This document shows positions 60,058-64,000 of a DNA stretch of 64,000 nt, piece after piece. The position numbers and the translations under genes are program-made. Each line of letters starts with the position of its first letter. Position 1 is the stretch's first letter. The stretch is from an uncultured Candidatus Saccharibacteria bacterium. Its GTDB lineage: Bacteria; Patescibacteriota; Dojkabacteria; J137. The notes beneath the pieces were generated by a model that worked only from the letters and a program-made list of their open reading frames with translations, was not told the origin of the DNA and made no database searches. The stretch covers positions 366,759-430,758 of the forward strand of contig CAZLOI010000001.1 in NCBI GenBank assembly GCA_964561155.1. Reading direction: 5' to 3'.

Positions 60058-60168
60058 GCAGATGATTTAAAGAAATGGTTAAAGGAGTCTTCTGAGATTC
60101 AATGGGACTACAAGAATATTGTTAAGAACAAAGGTTTACTTAATAGATTAAAATAGTTAACTAAACAT

Positions 60169-60594
60169 ATGGCAGAACTAAAAACAAAGAAAACAGAAGC
60201 TAGCGTTGAAGACTTCCTTAACTCTGTAGCAGATGAGAAAAAGAAAGCCGATGGATTAACGCTTCTAAAGATATTCAAAAAGGTAACCAAGGAGGAACCA
60301 AAGATGTGGGGAGAAAGTATTGTAGGGTTTGGGCAATATCACTATAAATCTGAACGAAGTAGCCAGCAAGGAGATTGGCCTCTTGTAGGATTTTCACCAA
60401 GAAAACAGAACCTAACACTCTACGTAATGTCTGGTTTTGACAAGCTATCTGGTCTCTTAGCGAAGCTTGGTAAACACAAAACAAGTGTAGGTTGTTTGTA
60501 TATTAATAAGCTAAGCGATGTAGATCTAGACGTACTTGAGGAGGTGGTAGAACTGGGTTTTGAAAATATGAAGAAACTACATTCAGTTAAGTAA
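60169..60594 (+). CDS. DUF1801 (YdhG-like) domain protein
   Basis: 141 aa. KMWGESIVGFGQYHYKSERSSQQGDWPLVGFSPRKQNLTLYVM matches the YdhG/DUF1801 core (W...i.GfG.Y.Y......g..p.iGFs.rK..lsLY). Confidence 0.6.
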   Translation: MAELKTKKTEASVEDFLNSVADEKKKADGLTLLKIFKKVTKEEPKMWGESIVGFGQYHYKSERSSQQGDWPLVGFSPRKQNLTLYVMSGFDKLSGLLAKLGKHKTSVGCLYINKLSDVDLDVLEEVVELGFENMKKLHSVK

Positions 60595-60984
60595 CTATAT
60601 CTCTCTCGGGAATATAAAGGACATACATTCCTTTAAGAACTCACTGAGTTCCTGGTGTTCCCTTATTATCCTGTCTCCCATCTCATCTAATACGTAATCT
60701 GGCATTGAATCTGGAAGAGCTATGAATTCATTAAGGGTCTCAAAGAAGCTGTCTACACTAAATACAATATCATGCATTGTTTGAATGTTCCCATGTATTC
60801 TAATCTGCTGGGCTGCATAGTCTCGAACATAGCGTATGAAAGGAAGGAAGGTTGTTGGTTGAATAATACTATCAATAAACTCTTCCCAATGCGTTACAGT
60901 ATCCATATCCTTCTCATACCTTGTCTTAGGTAACTCAAGGAGCTTAGCTTTGTATTTTTCTACATCTATTTCTTCAATGTTCAT
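60595..60984 (-). CDS. small acidic hypothetical protein, paralog A (ends FPREI)
   Basis: 129 aa. Homologous to the adjacent upstream ORF (HWEEFIDSIIQPTTFLPFIRYVRDY versus RWSQFVDNVAEPALIGTFLSYLLEY; both end FP[RV]EI). Separated from it by 1 nt. Confidence 0.55.
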   Translation of the reverse strand: MNIEEIDVEKYKAKLLELPKTRYEKDMDTVTHWEEFIDSIIQPTTFLPFIRYVRDYAAQQIRIHGNIQTMHDIVFSVDSFFETLNEFIALPDSMPDYVLDEMGDRIIREHQELSEFLKECMSFIFPREI

Positions 60985-60985
60985 A

Positions 60986-61369
60986 CTATATCTCTACTGG
61001 AAAAAGTTTAGGTAAAGTCTTGTGTAGAAGAACCTGTATCTTTAAATAACTTTCGAAGTATTCATTTGTTAGAATATTCCTCTGCTCTTCTGAAGCATAT
61101 TCTGTAGCACGTATAAAATCATGGGATTGCTGGAAGAATGCATATATTTCTACATACAACTCATACTCTATGAGATCAAGACCTGGATCTTCACACTTGT
61201 CTGAAAGATACTCGAGTAGATAGCTTAGGAAAGTTCCAATTAATGCTGGCTCTGCAACATTATCTACAAACTGAGACCAACGATATAGAATTCTTGATCT
61301 CTCAATTCTATGTTCGGCAACATCTATATCCTCTTCTACCGCTAAAGGTTTTATCTCTTTTATTCTCAT
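60986..61369 (-). CDS. small acidic hypothetical protein, paralog B (ends FPVEI)
   Basis: 127 aa. Tandem paralog of 60595-60984. No signal peptide. No known motif recognised. Confidence 0.55.
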   Translation of the reverse strand: MRIKEIKPLAVEEDIDVAEHRIERSRILYRWSQFVDNVAEPALIGTFLSYLLEYLSDKCEDPGLDLIEYELYVEIYAFFQQSHDFIRATEYASEEQRNILTNEYFESYLKIQVLLHKTLPKLFPVEI

Positions 61370-61479
61370 ATTCTTTATTAACGCCAGATTATAATAACAT
61401 CGTGTTAAATTTACAAACGCAATATCTAGAAACCCTTTTTTGGTGTATCATCAAAATGTATAAATATTAAATAGACCCA

Positions 61480-62118
61480 ATGAAAAAAACAGTATTCTTC
61501 GTTTCAATGATCATATTCGGATTGCTTGCTATATGTATGCTTGGTTTCTTTATGTTTGGATACTTCGAAATAGGAGGTGTCTGTAGATTCAAAGGTCCAT
61601 TGTCATCAGTTCAAGGTGGAGCATGTGCTGGAGTTCAGGGGAATTCATACAGTGGTAGATACAGCGATGATTTAAGCTTAACTATTCCTGCAAACTTCTT
61701 TGTTAACGAAGAAGTTGAAGAGAATGAAGAGTCTGAAATTACATTCATCTTTTCAAAGGATCCAGAAACTGTTGAAGAAGGAGAGTTTGCTCCAAACCTA
61801 AACATTATTAAATCTAAGGACTATATAGAGTTTTCAGATAGTGTTTGTGAGGAACTAATTGATGCAAGTATCGAACAACTAACACCATACTACGAAAGTA
61901 TAGATAACGGAGGAGCAGAAATGGAAGATATTAATGGAGTTGGTGCTTGTGTAACACAGTGGGAAGGTAAACTAAGCGGTTTAGAGCTATTTCAGAAGCA
62001 GTTTGCAGTACCTCATGAAGAGAGTCAGGTTGTTTACTACTTTACTATAACAACAGACAGAGAACTATCTGAACTAGAAGTTTTGAATAGTATTGTTGCT
62101 AGCTTAAAATTAATCTAA
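61480..62118 (+). CDS. secreted Cys-containing hypothetical protein
   Basis: N-terminal signal/TM MKKTVFFVSMIIFGLLAICMLGFFMFG. Five Cys residues. Acidic. No motif recognised. Confidence 0.5.
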   Translation: MKKTVFFVSMIIFGLLAICMLGFFMFGYFEIGGVCRFKGPLSSVQGGACAGVQGNSYSGRYSDDLSLTIPANFFVNEEVEENEESEITFIFSKDPETVEEGEFAPNLNIIKSKDYIEFSDSVCEELIDASIEQLTPYYESIDNGGAEMEDINGVGACVTQWEGKLSGLELFQKQFAVPHEESQVVYYFTITTDRELSELEVLNSIVASLKLI

Positions 62119-62171
62119 GAGGAGTTTTCAGTTAGGAATATTTAAGGTATAATTCAGGACACAGTGCCTTA

Positions 62172-62244
62172 GGGCAGTTAGCTCAGCTGGTAGAGCGCCC
62201 CGTTTACACCGGGATGGTCATAGGTTCGAATCCTATACTGCCCA
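62172..62244 (+). tRNA. tRNA-Val (anticodon TAC)
   Basis: Acceptor GGGCAGT/ACTGCCC(+A). D-arm GCTCAGCTGGTAGAGC. Anticodon loop TTTACAC. T-arm ATAGGTTCGAATCCTAT. 73 nt. Confidence 0.85.
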
Positions 62245-62288
62245 TATACTCAATTCCCCCTTTAAAAGTGATATGATTTAACGATCAT

Positions 62289-64000
62289 ATGACGATACTC
62301 AAAAGCTTAAAAACATCTAAAACTGCATTCATACTTCTATTCGTATTATTTCTATTCCTTTTTCTAACGCAAGGGGAACCATATATTCGATCAGACGGAT
62401 ACTGCTACTATCACCCTGCAAAGACACTTATATCTACTGGAAGCTTCGCTGCCAATACAAAGCCTGAATACTTCGAATATATGGGCTACAACGCAGAGGA
62501 ACAAGATGGAAAGTTTGTAACTGTATGTGCTCCAGGAACCTCTTTGTTTCTTGTACCAGGACTTGTTGTCGCCAATATACTGGATGAAGGCAAAAGCATA
62601 GAGAATGATTACTTCGTTGCATACAATGGCCATACACTTGAAGAAGGCATATCTATACTTGTAACAGCATCTATAGTTTCTTTTTTAACTGTAGTACTAA
62701 TCTACCTGACACTACTAAACTTTGAGATTAGAAAACGTTATGCATTTATATTCTCTGTAGCTGGATATCTTTCCTCCTATGCACTACTCTACACTTTCCT
62801 GCTACCTTCATTTACACATACATACGAAGCCTTTATTATTTCAATAATTCTTTACATGTTCTCATTAAAAGAGAAACTGCATAGCAAGAGAATGTTAATA
62901 CTAGGTTTTGTAACAGGAATACTTGTGTTAATTAGACCGATATTTGTAGTTCTAATACCTTTAATATTATTGGTAGTATTGCTAAAACCAAATAGCAATC
63001 TACTTAAAATGAAAAGATTAATACATTTTGGTTTAGGTGGTTTGGTACCATTCGTAATCTTTCTAATTTACAACTATCAATCTTACGGTACCTTTCTTGC
63101 ATCTGGATATTCAACGCTTCGAGGAGAAGACTTTGTATCAACTTCAAATATACTAAATATACTTTTTTCACCTAACAAAGGTTTCCTTGTCTTTACCCCA
63201 ATAGCGATAATTGGAGTCGCAGGATTATTGTATAGATTTAAGAAACACTGGGAGATAAAGCTAATATCTCTAGGTACCCTACTCTTAATATCACTCATAT
63301 ATTCTTTCTGGCAGGCATGGGAAGGTGGAGGAAGCTTTGGTTCAAGGTTCCTAATATTTGCATTTCCAATCACAACATTAGGTGTTGCACTACTCTTCAA
63401 GGAAACAGGAGGAAATATTAGAAAGATTCTCGTAGCATTAACTATTCTATTCACCATCTACAGCTCTTTAGTTACTGTTGCATACAGGTTCACAAGAGTT
63501 CCTGGAATACACTATTCACCTATAGATATCTTTAACTATCAAAAGAATGTAGCTACTAGTTCGAATAGTATTTCAGATTACTTAACCAAACAGTTTGATA
63601 ATTTACAAGGTGGAAGCGGTTTGTTTGCTCTACTGGCTGGATTTCAAAACAATGTGTTGGTTGTAAGTAACAGCGAAACCCTAACAATGAAACTGTATAT
63701 TCCAGAAGCATATCAAAGACGTGGTGTTCCAGAGGAACTTCTGCTTTATGTAAGGAACATAGGTAGCGATGCTTCGTACTCAGGGAAACTAGAATTAACA
63801 GAAGAACTTAATATTGAAGTTCCATTCACTGAGATTAACGATCGTTTAAACCTTCAAAGACTAGATGCAGAAACAATATTACCTATATCTGATTTCGAGG
63901 GAGTTAAGATATTCAATTCTACATTTGAAATATACATCTACAAAAGAGATAATGTTCAGATCCGCGGTGATCTTGTAGAATGGGATCCTCTCAAAGAAAA
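62289..64000 (+). CDS. GT-C fold membrane glycosyltransferase-like protein (3' end beyond window), paralog of 19759-20916
   Basis: Open frame from the ATG at 62289 to the window end (more than 570 codons, no stop). It is absent from the ORF track because it has no stop in the window. 10 or more TM helices. Large extracytoplasmic C-terminal part. Shared block with the 19759 gene (YGTFLASGYSTLRGEDFVSTSNILNIL). Confidence 0.7.
   Translation, partial: MTILKSLKTSKTAFILLFVLFLFLFLTQGEPYIRSDGYCYYHPAKTLISTGSFAANTKPEYFEYMGYNAEEQDGKFVTVCAPGTSLFLVPGLVVANILDEGKSIENDYFVAYNGHTLEEGISILVTASIVSFLTVVLIYLTLLNFEIRKRYAFIFSVAGYLSSYALLYTFLLPSFTHTYEAFIISIILYMFSLKEKLHSKRMLILGFVTGILVLIRPIFVVLIPLILLVVLLKPNSNLLKMKRLIHFGLGGLVPFVIFLIYNYQSYGTFLASGYSTLRGEDFVSTSNILNILFSPNKGFLVFTPIAIIGVAGLLYRFKKHWEIKLISLGTLLLISLIYSFWQAWEGGGSFGSRFLIFAFPITTLGVALLFKETGGNIRKILVALTILFTIYSSLVTVAYRFTRVPGIHYSPIDIFNYQKNVATSSNSISDYLTKQFDNLQGGSGLFALLAGFQNNVLVVSNSETLTMKLYIPEAYQRRGVPEELLLYVRNIGSDASYSGKLELTEELNIEVPFTEINDRLNLQRLDAETILPISDFEGVKIFNSTFEIYIYKRDNVQIRGDLVEWDPLKE

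Noticed and set aside
53738-62244. Calling the tRNA-bounded segment a mobile element or genomic island
   Set aside because: No integrase, recombinase, transposase or clear att direct repeats were seen. It is reported only as a candidate variable region.
62391-63457. Minus-strand ORFs 62391-62633, 62434-62637 and 63083-63457
   Set aside because: The plus strand carries an uninterrupted frame from ATG 62289 to the window end, encoding a polytopic membrane protein paralogous to 19759-20916. The minus ORFs are antisense artefacts. The plus ORF was missing from the track only because it has no stop inside the window.

Overview
This 64-kb window is a gene-dense stretch of a low-GC (about 37%) bacterial chromosome. 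It uses the standard code: TGA and TAA act as stops, and prfA is present. Most of it is conserved information-processing genes on both strands:
- dnaX(partial)-ybaB-recR
- rpsF-ssb-rpsR
- prfA, rpmE, dnaB
- yebC-ruvC-ruvA-ruvB
- gyrB-gyrA
- a holB-like gene
- rpsP, rnc, nusB, rpmF, rsmD, trmL-like, recG
- a thrS-like gene followed by infC-rpmI-rplT
- clpP, mutL, ogt
- a class A PBP

Five tRNA genes are present: Leu-CAA, Ser-TGA, Val-GAC, Phe-GAA and Val-TAC. Three clean rho-independent terminator hairpins are visible.

The main accessory content is:
- A complete secretin-less type IV pilus operon at 22.2-33.0 kb: pilB-pilT-pilC, two pilins, pilD, four minor pilins, pilM-pilN-pilO.
- A region from about 53.7 to 62.2 kb bounded by tRNA-Phe and tRNA-Val. 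It holds a decayed SGNH hydrolase gene and a giant 1858-aa multidomain surface protein. That protein has the domain order DUF2341, beta-propeller, LamG/ConA-like, Ig-like, six tandem 93-98-aa repeats, two CarboxypepD_reg-like modules and a C-terminal TM anchor. The region also holds a DUF1801 protein, two tandem paralogous small acidic proteins and a secreted Cys-containing protein.

Four further oddities are worth a second look:
- The thrS-like gene keeps the ThrRS editing (HxxxH and CxxxH) and anticodon-binding parts but appears to lack the class II catalytic motifs.
- The full infC reading frame extends upstream of its first ATG to a probable AUU or AUA start.
- An unknown protein occupies the rplI slot and is translationally coupled to dnaB.
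- Two paralogous GT-C-type membrane glycosyltransferase-like genes are present, one running off the window end.

The cell-envelope genes (LCP, PBP1A, no secretin, C-terminal anchor) suggest a monoderm or CPR/Patescibacteria-like organism. That is an inference only. No CRISPR array, integrase, transposase or recognisable defence-system enzymes were seen.
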